Source: Limisphaerales bacterium (lineage in GTDB: Bacteria > Verrucomicrobiota > Verrucomicrobiia > Limisphaerales > SIBE01). Taken from it: 48,199 nt of DNA. The notes under the pieces are model-generated. The model was not told the DNA's origin and did no database searches. It saw only the letters and a program-made list of their open reading frames with translations. Both the position numbers and the translations under genes were made by a program. The stretch lies in the NCBI GenBank assembly GCA_044225505.1, contig JBGAIN010000053.1:1-48199 (forward strand), read 5' to 3'. This document shows, in pieces, positions 40,792 to 48,199 of the stretch. Each line of letters opens with the position of its first letter. Position 1 is the first letter of the stretch.

Positions 40792-40827
40792 GCCGAACCG
40801 TGTTTATCCGACAGTCCGTTGCGTAAC
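40792..40827 (-). other. attI-like recombination site
   Basis: Minus strand GTTACGCAACGGACTGTCGGATAAACACG-GTTCGGC; core site with no hairpin partner, resembling class 1 attI1 (GTTACGCAGCAGGGCAGTCGCCCTAAAACAAAGTT, quoted from memory). Confidence 0.55.
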
Positions 40828-40893
40828 GTGGCCAGGGATTTGAGGATTCTCAACGACATAAACCCGTCCTCACCAATTCCCTTTCCCTGGACC

Positions 40894-41103
40894 TTAGCAC
40901 CTTTGGCTTGTAGACTGCAATTTCCAAAGGGCTGCTTGCGAGGCTTTCCCCCCGATCCTCCATCCCTTCTTCAAAATTCGAGCACGTTCGAAGGGGTTAG
41001 TCGCGCGGATCGCATATTTGCACGAAAGCTGCTCCCGCAGCTTTCGGTTCAGTTCTAGAATCTGCCGCTGGCTTGCTCCACTTATCAAGAGACGATATCG
41101 CAT
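40894..41103 (-). CDS. Possible small basic protein
   Basis: 69-aa ORF MRYRLLISGASQRQILELNRKLREQLSCKYA...; no firm family assignment. Confidence 0.25.
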   Translation of the reverse strand: MRYRLLISGASQRQILELNRKLREQLSCKYAIRATNPFERARILKKGWRIGGKASQAALWKLQSTSQRC

Positions 41104-41263
41104 TCTGAGCGCCTGACCGTTTCTGACCCTTGGGGCCGGACGCTTCGCCCCGTCGGAACTGAGCCCCACCCTCGAAGCAATTCAGCATTCTGTCATGCAA
41201 AGCTGCGAGCCCCATGCTCGCGACCCAAATATGCGCTTCTGCGGGACTGCCCCTGCCCCTGCC

Positions 41264-41350
41264 TTGGGCGCACCAGATTTCGAAACTTCGTTCCCTCTCG
41301 CTGGCTCAGCTCCGATCTGCCCCCAATGCGGCCGGGAGATGAATATGGTC
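41264..41350 (+). pseudogene. Relic of the IS91-family transposase C-terminus
   Basis: LGAPDFETSFPLAGSAPICPQCGREMNMV vs LGAPDVLASFPLAGSAPLCPRCGSEMKLV (47546-47632): 21/29 identical, ungapped. Confidence 0.85.
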
Positions 41351-41674
41351 ATCGACCATCTTGCGCTGAAACTTCGCTACAACAAAGGCTGCCGGAACAA
41401 CACATATCAAGCCGGTCAACGCCCACTGTAGCAAATATCTTCCGACTCCCGGCAGTGCCGGATTCGTCCAAAAATCCAGCAAATACGCTCTCGCTCCAAC
41501 AGAATAGAGTATCGAGAAAATCACGGCAATGGCCGCGGCACCGAAGGCTCCCCCATATGCCGCGCTGGATGATGGCTGCTTCTTTCCCGCAATTTGTCGG
41601 CGACAAGTGATTGCGGTCAAGATGGCAGTCAGTGCTACCGCCAAACCAAAATAGATAAAGACGAAGTATGTCAT
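41306..41674 (-). CDS. Hypothetical 3-TM membrane protein (cassette; 3' end runs into the transposase relic)
   Basis: MTYFVFIYFGLAVAL...; ATGA overlap with the upstream gene; the last ~14 codons are antisense to the transposase relic. Confidence 0.65.
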   Translation of the reverse strand: MTYFVFIYFGLAVALTAILTAITCRRQIAGKKQPSSSAAYGGAFGAAAIAVIFSILYSVGARAYLLDFWTNPALPGVGRYLLQWALTGLICVVPAAFVVAKFQRKMVDDHIHLPAALGADRS

Positions 41675-42015
41675 ACGCCACTCATCGAAACCAACACCTT
41701 GACTGCCCACACTGATAACAGAGTGCCCAGAGTCACCGGCAAAAATGCCGCCGCCAATGCCCACCACTCAATCAGACCAAACGGTTGCTGCTTCCCCTGA
41801 TCAACCAGAATCATACAACCGGCAAAACAAATCGCTGGAGTTATTACCACCGTAAGCACCCACAATAAAGGCGTCGCTGACCAATCGACTTTCAATCCGC
41901 TGGTCGCATAGTATTCGCAAGCCGCAGCAAGCCACAGTCCCGAACAAACGATCAGCGTAACAGAAAGCGCCGGCCTGGATACTCGATTGCGAAAGACGCT
42001 ATGCGTTGTGATCAT
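41671..42015 (-). CDS. Hypothetical 3-TM membrane protein, cassette
   Basis: Three hydrophobic segments; starts 5 bp after a degenerate attC. Confidence 0.65.
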   Translation of the reverse strand: MITTHSVFRNRVSRPALSVTLIVCSGLWLAAACEYYATSGLKVDWSATPLLWVLTVVITPAICFAGCMILVDQGKQQPFGLIEWWALAAAFLPVTLGTLLSVWAVKVLVSMSGV

Positions 42016-42020
42016 ACGTG

Positions 42021-42091
42021 TTTCGACACCACTGCTTAAACATGCTCACGCGCAAATCGGCGCCGTGTTTCGGTGAACCGCTTGGTTCGAT
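42021..42091 (-). other. attC-like site, distal half degenerate
   Basis: Minus strand ATCGAAC-caagc-GGTTCACCGAAACAC...; ATCGAAC is the exact complement of GTTCGAT at the start of this cassette (44057-44063). Confidence 0.6.
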
Positions 42092-42152
42092 AAATTCTTC
42101 TCTCACGGAGGCACCGAGGCTCAGCGCGGCGGAGGTGAAGCTGGTCGGCTAA

Positions 42153-43969
42153 CCTAAGTTCCCGAACATTTTGAGAGAAACATCAACTTTGTTGGGGTTT
42201 TGGCAAATAGTGTAGCAAGTAATATGTTTATACTGCCTGCAATTGTCTTTGACCATGCTGGATGCATTGTCTACTCTGTAGCCCGTGTTCGTCCAAGCCA
42301 CGACTTCATCGCGCAAGAACGGCAAAACCTATGTCTCTTACCTAGTCCGGGAGTCCTTCCGCACCCCGGATGGCCCTCGCTCCCGCACGATCTGCAACAT
42401 CACCGATCTGCCCCCCGCCACGCGCGATCTGATCATCGGCTCTCTCAAAGGGCAGGATTTCCTGCCTGCGGAGCAGGTTCAGTTGCATGAGGCTCTGGAT
42501 TATGGCGGCTTGGCCGTTCTGAACGACGCTTGGTCGCGGTTCCGGTTGGACGAACTGTTCACCGGCATTGGCTCTCCTCGCCAACGAGGCTTGCTCCGGT
42601 CTGTGATCTATAGCCGTCTGCTCTTTCCCTGCGCCAAACTGTCTGTGGCGCGAAAGCCGCGGGCACCTGGTTAGCTCCAGCTTGCGGCTGAAAAGCCGAT
42701 GAATCCTTCGACGAAGACGATATCTACGCCGCCATGGACCAGCTCAATGGCCATTGGGTCCATTTGGAGAAAGCGCTTTATCAACGGGCCTTTCCCCAAG
42801 CGGTGCGTCTGGTCCTCTACGATCTGACCAGCGTCTATTTCGAAGGCGCTGGGCCGGAGCACCTGGCTCAATACGGCCATAGCCGAGATCACCGCAGGGA
42901 TCGGCCGCAAATCATCCTGGCGGTGGCGACGGACACCGAGGGCCTGCCTTTGCATGTGTCAGTTTTGCGCGGCAACCGCAATGATACGCAGACGCCCAAG
43001 GATTATTGCACACGTTGCGTCGGCGTTTTGGAATCCAGGAAGCTACTTTCGTGTTTGATGGCGGGATGAGCAGCCAGATCAATCTGGAGGCGATGGACGC
43101 AGCGGGGCTGGGGTGCGTGACTCGGCTTTCGGCAGTTACCTTGCACAGCCTGGTGGAGGAACTGGGCTTGGAAAAGCAGCTCGAATTGGGCGACCGCCAA
43201 AAGCTCATGGAGATCACCCACGAGGGCAAACGCTACGTGGTGGCCGGTGGCCAATGGCGTCAGCAACGGGATCGCGAGCGCCGCCAAAGCAGGATCGACA
43301 AAGCCGAAACGGAGTTAAGACGCTTGGCGGTGGTTAAGCGCCAGAAAGTGGACGGGCAAAAACTGGCCAGCCAGGTGGGACGGACTCTGCAACGACTCAA
43401 GGCGCACAAATATTTTAGCTACAGCGTCGATGGGCAAGGAAGTTGATCTGGGAGCGCAAGGGAATTGATCGCCCAAGAGGCCCAGCAAGACGGTTGGTAA
43501 GCTGCTGCACACCAACCAAACGGCGCAGCAATGTCCCACCGAGCAGGTCTTGGGTCACTATAAGGGACTCCTGGATGTGGAAGAGGCTTTCTGCGAACTC
43601 AAGAGTTACCTGGAAGTCCGGCCTATTTTCACCGGCGCCCCGACCGGGTGATCAATCATGTGCGCCTCTGTTTTCTGGCCTATTGGCTGAGCGCGCGTTT
43701 AGGAGGAGAATGGCGCGCCAAAGGCGAAACGGCGGAAGTTCCCCGAGTGCTCCGCCACCTGCAGACCATTCGCTTGGGCCGACTGCAAATGGGCTCCAAG
43801 GTCCACCAGACCATCCTCACCCAAGTGCCCACCGATCTGAACGAGCAACTCCGGAAACTCGGCTTGGCTTCCTTGTTCGCCTCGCCGCCAAAACAGTCAT
43901 TGTAGCCCGATCAAATCGAGAAACCCTCGGTTTTGTTGGGCTTTTTATCCCACTGAGGAGGAAGTCAGG
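42153..43969 (+). mobile_element. IS1634-family insertion sequence, decayed
   Basis: Ends CCTAAGTTCC / GGAAGTCAGG; (G)CTAA duplicated on both sides; exact boundary uncertain by 1 bp. Confidence 0.85.
42285..43905 (+). pseudogene. IS1634 transposase pseudogene (several frameshifts)
   Basis: KNGKTYVSYLVRESFR, LVLYDLTSVYFEG, YGHSRDHRRDRPQI, FVFDGGM, HVRLCFLAYWL in different frames. Confidence 0.9.
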
Positions 43970-44056
43970 CTAATACGACGCACAAACAACCAGCAGCCCT
44001 CGGTTGCGGCTGAGCCGCGCTGAGTCTTGGTGCCTCCGTGAGAGCCATTCTGCTTC

Positions 44057-44146
44057 ATCGAACGACGGAACTCAGCGGTGCCAGGCCAGCAGTTATCGTT
44101 CGAGGTTTAGTCGGATCGCGGTGCTCGATGCATGCGGTTGTTATCA
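44057..44146 (-). other. attC site
   Basis: Minus strand TGATAAC-aaccGCATGCATCGAGCACCGC...GCACCGCTGAGTTCCGTC-GTTCGAT; overlaps the toxin stop codon; distal end nearly identical to the 40371 site. Confidence 0.7.
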
Positions 44147-44649
44147 GCCGTGTCCAAGGACCTTTCGTCTGATGGCTTCCGGGTCTTGTCTGAGATCCAT
44201 GACCGCCACTACCACAAGCCGGGACGGCTGCACGGAATATAAAATGCCATGCGGAAAATCCCGAACGAGCATTCGCCGATACGCACCCTCATAAGGCGGA
44301 GCCATCTCCGGGTTTTGCCGCAACCGTGTGAAGGCGCCGTCCTGGCCCTTCCTGGTAGTCTTTAGAGCGATCGGAAGCGGACTGAATGTCGACGTCTGCC
44401 TGCTGGAGGAGGTTCAGCTCGATCGTGAGCGCGAGCCGAGAATCCTCTCCTGAACGGTCTCTCAGGTCGTGAACTTACTGGGATTTTGCCGGAACTGCTC
44501 CATCCGGCGGTCCAGCTCTGCTAGAATCTCTCTCGCGAAACAGGCACCTCCGAAGGATGCGCCTCAAGGTCATTCCACAACTCCGACACCAGTAGGAGCT
44601 TTTCCGAGTGAGACATATTCTGCACCTGTGGAAAGCGCTCAAGAATCAT
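44144..44649 (-). pseudogene. Degenerate toxin-antitoxin cassette: TIGR02574-type addiction-module antitoxin + RelE/ParE toxin
   Basis: Own translation, not in the ORF track: MILERFPQVQNMSHSEKLLLVSELWNDL...ILAELDRRMEQFRQNP (frameshift, TGA in place of W); toxin RQNPEMAPPYEGAYRRMLVRDFPHGILYSVQPSRLVVVAVMDLRQDP (ACG in place of ATG, frameshift). Confidence 0.8.
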
Positions 44650-44730
44650 GACGACATTTTAGACGATGTTGTAAACTCATGACCATCGGTAAGGCATAAG
44701 GCCCGTGAGCTCCGTCCCGCCGCGCGACAC

Positions 44731-44856
44731 CGCTAACAGAGAACTGAGCGACTGGTGCTGAAAAGGCAAGCGACAGCGTGAATGGCTCCTGCAAATCGAC
44801 TGCACGCGTGGAGCGCATCGGTGCGGCGCCAGTTCGTCTCCTGTGTCTGGTTCGGC
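44731..44856 (-). other. attC site
   Basis: Minus strand GCCGAAC-cagac-ACAGGAGACGAACTGGCGC...GCACCAGTCGCTCAGTTCTCT-GTTAGCG; 4 bp after the DUF4259 stop. Confidence 0.85.
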
Positions 44857-44860
44857 CCTT

Positions 44861-45268
44861 TCATCTCAGTCTCCCCTGCAAATCGGTTAGGTGATTTTTC
44901 CACTTCCCGAACTCCTCACTCTCGCCCCAACGCTCCAAAAGCTCCGAAGGCTTCGTCAGTATCCGCGCAATGGCGCGAATGGCTGAATCAAGCAGTTCGT
45001 TGCCTGGCGTGAGTGGATGGTTCGTGACCCATCTATCTAGTGACTCGGTGTAGGCGTTCCGCACGTAGAACCTGCCACGGAGGCGCGCAAGTGCATCCGC
45101 GGCAGCTATCGCCTCTTCTGCGTCCGAAGCTGCGAGGTAACTGATCCCAGCCGCATGGACCTTTTCGATGGTCTCGGCAATGAAGGACAAGTCGTCACTC
45201 TGCTCTAGGTCGTAGTTCCAGTCGCAGGCCGTATCGTTTCCGAATGGGTCACAATCCCAGGCACCCAT
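44861..45268 (-). CDS. DUF4259 domain protein, cassette
   Basis: MGAWDCDPFGNDTACDW...AIAAA...SELLERW...W...L.DLQGRL. Confidence 0.88.
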   Translation of the reverse strand: MGAWDCDPFGNDTACDWNYDLEQSDDLSFIAETIEKVHAAGISYLAASDAEEAIAAADALARLRGRFYVRNAYTESLDRWVTNHPLTPGNELLDSAIRAIARILTKPSELLERWGESEEFGKWKNHLTDLQGRLR

Positions 45269-45285
45269 AACATTGTTGTGTTTTG

Positions 45286-45410
45286 GCCGAACGGTAAGCC
45301 GAACAACTGCCGCTGGCAACGCCAGCTTGGCACTTCGCGGCGATTCCGAGTTTTCCGAAACTCTCTGAGCTGAGACGCGTGCGGCAGCTCGCTCCGGCGA
45401 TTGGTTGAAC
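45286..45410 (-). other. attC-like site formed by the left end of the recombinase-transposase element
   Basis: Minus strand GTTCAAC-caatc-GCCGGAGCGAGCTGCCGC...GCGGCAGTTGTTCGGCTTACC-GTTCGGC; no cassette ORF precedes it. Confidence 0.8.
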
Positions 45411-45498
45411 TAAGCCGCTCCGCGCGGCGATGATTCTCGATCACGTTCGCGTGGATCGGGCGCGGATTCACAAGGAGAGATTACTACTATACGGGTGC

Positions 45499-46554
45499 AT
45501 GAACAGCACCAATCCTTCCTCCACCGGAACTCCCAACCTCAACCCACAGCCGAGCGCCGACTCAAAACCTAAAGTCAGTGCGTGGGGACCCAAGTCGACC
45601 CTGCCTCCGGGCATCCGGACCACGGCCAAGGAGTATGCGAACCCTGTCGATTACAAGCATCCCTACGAATCGATGGCCAGCTTCGCAAGTTTTCTGGCCC
45701 TTCGCTACGACGCCAATCGCACTCGTCATTCCTACTATCGCCAACTTGGACTCATCCAAAAACACTTCGCTTGCGATCCCGCGGCCATCACCGAAGCCCA
45801 ACTGCGCGATTATTTCCTCATGGTCAAGCTACAGAAGCATTGGCGACCTAAGACCATCCGACAGGCCGTTGCCGCCGCGAAGATGTTCTTCGTCGAGTTA
45901 CTCAACCACAACGACTGGACCGTCTTTTCCCAGATCCGTTCCAAGGATCACGACACCCTTCCCACCGTCCTCACTCGCCAGCAGGTCCACGATCTCCTAG
46001 CCCACATTCGACTTCGCCGCTATCGCACTCCCCTCAAGCTCATCTATTGTTGTGGCCTGCGTTTAAGCGAGTGTCTGGGGCTGACCATCCACGACATCAA
46101 GGGCAAAGAAAACAAACTGTTCATTCGTCAGAGCAAAGGTCACAAAGATCGCGTCGTCCCCTTGCCCACACCGATGTATTTAGAACTGCGCCGTTACTGG
46201 TCTTTCCACCACCATCCCCTGTTAATCTTTCCCAACGTGGGACGCGGCGATCGCCATCCCGAAGGTCTGGCTAAGCGCATGCGTCAGGCCACACACCCGA
46301 TGCCCACCTGCTCCCTGCAGCGCCTTTTAATCGTTGCCCGCAAAGAGCTCAACATTCCGGGTGCCTCACCGCACACGTTACGACACAGTTTTGCCACGCA
46401 CCTTCTGGAAGCCGGCGCCCACCTTCGCACCATTCAAGAGTTGCTGGGCCATTCCCAGATCACCAGCACGATGGTCTACACGCACCTGACTCATCAGAGC
46501 GCTCAAGACACCTTGCGTCTGATGGACGAGCTTTGTCGAAGCCTGCCGCGCTAG
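45499..46554 (+). CDS. Tyrosine recombinase/integrase (IntI/XerD-related, no IntI-specific insertion)
   Basis: GLRLSE, KGHKDR, HTLRHSFATHLLE, IQELLGH, TMVYTH give the complete R-K-H-R-H-Y set; N-terminal SAM-like domain; start at ATG 45499 chosen over 45430. Confidence 0.95.
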   Translation: MNSTNPSSTGTPNLNPQPSADSKPKVSAWGPKSTLPPGIRTTAKEYANPVDYKHPYESMASFASFLALRYDANRTRHSYYRQLGLIQKHFACDPAAITEAQLRDYFLMVKLQKHWRPKTIRQAVAAAKMFFVELLNHNDWTVFSQIRSKDHDTLPTVLTRQQVHDLLAHIRLRRYRTPLKLIYCCGLRLSECLGLTIHDIKGKENKLFIRQSKGHKDRVVPLPTPMYLELRRYWSFHHHPLLIFPNVGRGDRHPEGLAKRMRQATHPMPTCSLQRLLIVARKELNIPGASPHTLRHSFATHLLEAGAHLRTIQELLGHSQITSTMVYTHLTHQSAQDTLRLMDELCRSLPR

Positions 46555-46576
46555 ACAGAGTTTCTCCACCCTCAGC

Positions 46577-47713
46577 ATGTCCGACCGCCCCACCGTTTTG
46601 GGGGCGCTGCGCCGTTTTCTACCTCAGTTCCTGAGCACAAAGCCTGCGCTTTCTCCTCAGCAACGTCGCGCCCTCCGGGCTATCACTCATTGCCGCACGG
46701 CGGCCTTGGGCGGCAACGCCTTTGCCTGCGACTGCGGCCAATGGCACTTTGCCTATCACTCCTGCAACCACAAAGCCTGTCCCCAACGCGGCGCGTTGAC
46801 CACGCGCCGCTGGGTTCAGCGCGAGTTACATAAACTTGTTAACGCACCTTACTTCCTGGTCACCTTCACTCTGCCCGCAGAGTTACGCGGCTGCTTTTTC
46901 GGCCCCGCTGCCAAGCAAGCCTATGACCTCTTTTTCACGGCCGTCTCGGGCGCTCTGGCCGAAAAACTCGCTGACGACAAACGCTTGCGAGCCCAGGTCA
47001 GCGGTTTCACCGCCGTCCTTCATACCTGGAATCAACGCCTGCAATTCCATCCTCATATTCACTGCTTAGTCCCAGGCGCCGGGCTCGATGCCCACGGCCA
47101 GTATGTCCAAGTCAAAAACCCGGAGTTCCTGGTCTATTTGCCGCACCTCCAGAGCGCTTTCCGCCAGCACATTTACCAACTGTTTAAAGAGCACGGTTGG
47201 CAGGTCGATCCGGCCGTCTGGGGCAAAGACTGGGGCGTGCATATTCAACCCGCCGGCTCCGGCGCTCCCGCTCTCAAATACCTGGGCACTTACGTCGCAC
47301 GCACGGCCATCACCGACGCGCGCCTTCTGACCGTCACCGATCAATCCGTCACCTTCCGCTGGAAGGATCGATCGGATGCCAATCGCATCAACACGAAGTC
47401 ACTCCCCGGCGTTGAATTCCTCAGCCGCTACTTGCGTCATGTGCTCCCCACGGGGTTACGCTCAGTTCGTTACTACGGCTTCTGCCATCCCACAGCCAAA
47501 GCCAAGCGTCTGCAAGTCCAACTCCACTCCGGAAAAACAGTCAACCTGGGCGCCCCGGATGTGCTCGCTTCGTTCCCTCTAGCTGGCTCGGCTCCGCTTT
47601 GCCCTCGATGTGGCTCGGAAATGAAATTAGTCGGCTCGGTTAGCCCTGGGCACAAGACGCGCGGACCACCGCTTCGCCCAACCTTGATCTCTCGCATCTC
47701 CACAGCCGCATGA
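46577..47713 (+). CDS. IS91-family (Y2 HUH, rolling-circle) transposase with zinc-binding domain
   Basis: CRTAALGG, YHSCNHKACP, LVTFTLP, VLHTWNQRLQFHPHIHCLVPG (HUH), YLGTY (YxxxY), EFLSRYLRHVLP, VRYYG, C-terminal CPRCG. Confidence 0.95.
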   Translation: MSDRPTVLGALRRFLPQFLSTKPALSPQQRRALRAITHCRTAALGGNAFACDCGQWHFAYHSCNHKACPQRGALTTRRWVQRELHKLVNAPYFLVTFTLPAELRGCFFGPAAKQAYDLFFTAVSGALAEKLADDKRLRAQVSGFTAVLHTWNQRLQFHPHIHCLVPGAGLDAHGQYVQVKNPEFLVYLPHLQSAFRQHIYQLFKEHGWQVDPAVWGKDWGVHIQPAGSGAPALKYLGTYVARTAITDARLLTVTDQSVTFRWKDRSDANRINTKSLPGVEFLSRYLRHVLPTGLRSVRYYGFCHPTAKAKRLQVQLHSGKTVNLGAPDVLASFPLAGSAPLCPRCGSEMKLVGSVSPGHKTRGPPLRPTLISRISTAA

Positions 47714-47998
47714 ACAGCGCGCGTTGCCAAATGGTCTCCTCACGCGCTCGCAGCCTTTTTGCCCTGGCGCAGTCCATTGGGATTCCATCTGCCCGCGGCC
47801 GATCTCGACACCACTTTCTGGCCACCTTCAGGTCCTTGAGCCCCTGCGCTAAAGCTCGCGCCTCTGCCCGCTTCTCCGTACCCATCCCTCCACGAGAGCT
47901 GAAAAAACGCATCCACCACCTCTTCCGGTTCTCTCGCCAAAAATACAACTGCCATTGTCGGCTCTGAGCCGACTGGTTTCATCAAAAACATCGGGCTT

Positions 47999-48073
47999 GT
48001 TCAACCAGGGGCGTATTTGCTGGCTCCGCTCGCAAAGCCTCGCTCCGCAGCAATACACCCTTCTGCGTTCGGC
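47999..48073 (+). other. attC-like site formed by the right end of the element (opposite orientation to the array)
   Basis: GTTCAAC-cag-GGGCGTATTTGCTG...CAGCAATACACCC-ttctgc-GTTCGGC; stem with one unpaired T and one mismatch. Confidence 0.75.
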
Positions 48074-48199
48074 ACACGAGTATTCATTCGAATGAACAAG
48101 CTACCGACGCGCTCGCTGATACGCGTGTCTGATTTTGTCCACTGAGGTGCCTCCCAGACACGGTTGCGGACCTTCATAACTGCCCGTCGAAGGTCATCC

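Larger units (their letters stand above)
42101..44043. repeat. 30-bp inverted-repeat element (arms 42101-42130 and 44014-44043) split by IS1634
   Basis: TCTCACGGAGGCACCGAGGCTCAGCGCGGC vs GCCGCGCTGAGTCTTGGTGCCTCCGTGAGA, 28/30 complementary. Confidence 0.85.
45402..48007 (+). mobile_element. Tyrosine recombinase + IS91-family transposase element with inverted, attC-forming ends
   Basis: Two-gene operon bounded by TGGTTGAACTAAGCC (45402-45416) and GGCTTGTTCAACCA (47994-48007); subterminal hairpins at 45414-45428, 45438-45458 and 47957-47973. Confidence 0.8.

Noticed and set aside
45499..46554. Calling the recombinase intI
   Set aside because: It is divergent from the cassettes like intI, but it lacks the IntI-specific insertion between KGxKDR and the following FP motif, and it is operonic with an IS91 transposase
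47710..47967. 85-aa ORF overlapping the transposase stop (ATGA)
   Set aside because: Low-complexity Arg/Ser/Ala-rich sequence with no recognisable motif, running into the element's terminal hairpin; probably non-coding, though not excluded
48092..48145. First plus-strand cassette ORF after the right attC-like site
   Set aside because: Only 17 codons before TGA and the window ends shortly after; cannot be supported
1..48199. tRNA or rRNA genes
   Set aside because: No cloverleaf with T-loop GTTCRA and matching acceptor stem, and no rRNA signature, seen by eye; GTTCG hits in 37-48 kb belong to attC cores

Overview
GC-rich bacterial DNA that looks like PVC superphylum, probably Verrucomicrobiota. 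This is inferred from a PEP-CTERM protein, H-X9-DG pseudopilin-like genes, an ECF sigma/Ser-Thr kinase-WD40 locus, CotH/lamin-tail and PQQ beta-propeller genes. Bases 1-37.4 kb are accessory genes for secreted or surface proteins and signalling, plus a decayed ISAs1, several gene fragments and a giant repeat protein broken by an assembly gap. The main feature is at 37.4-48.2 kb: an integron-type gene-cassette array with 8 attC-like sites on the minus strand and one attI1-like site, but no intI in the window. The array starts at an element encoding a tyrosine recombinase that lacks the IntI-specific insertion plus an IS91-family (HUH/Y2) transposase. The two inverted ends of this element each form an outward-facing attC-like hairpin, which suggests a self-mobile, two-ended cassette platform (inference). 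A relic of a second copy of that transposase sits near the attI-like site. At the left end, a two-gene module with an upstream 11-bp tandem repeat is bracketed by two related long palindromes. All family calls come from motif recognition by eye; no database searches were run.
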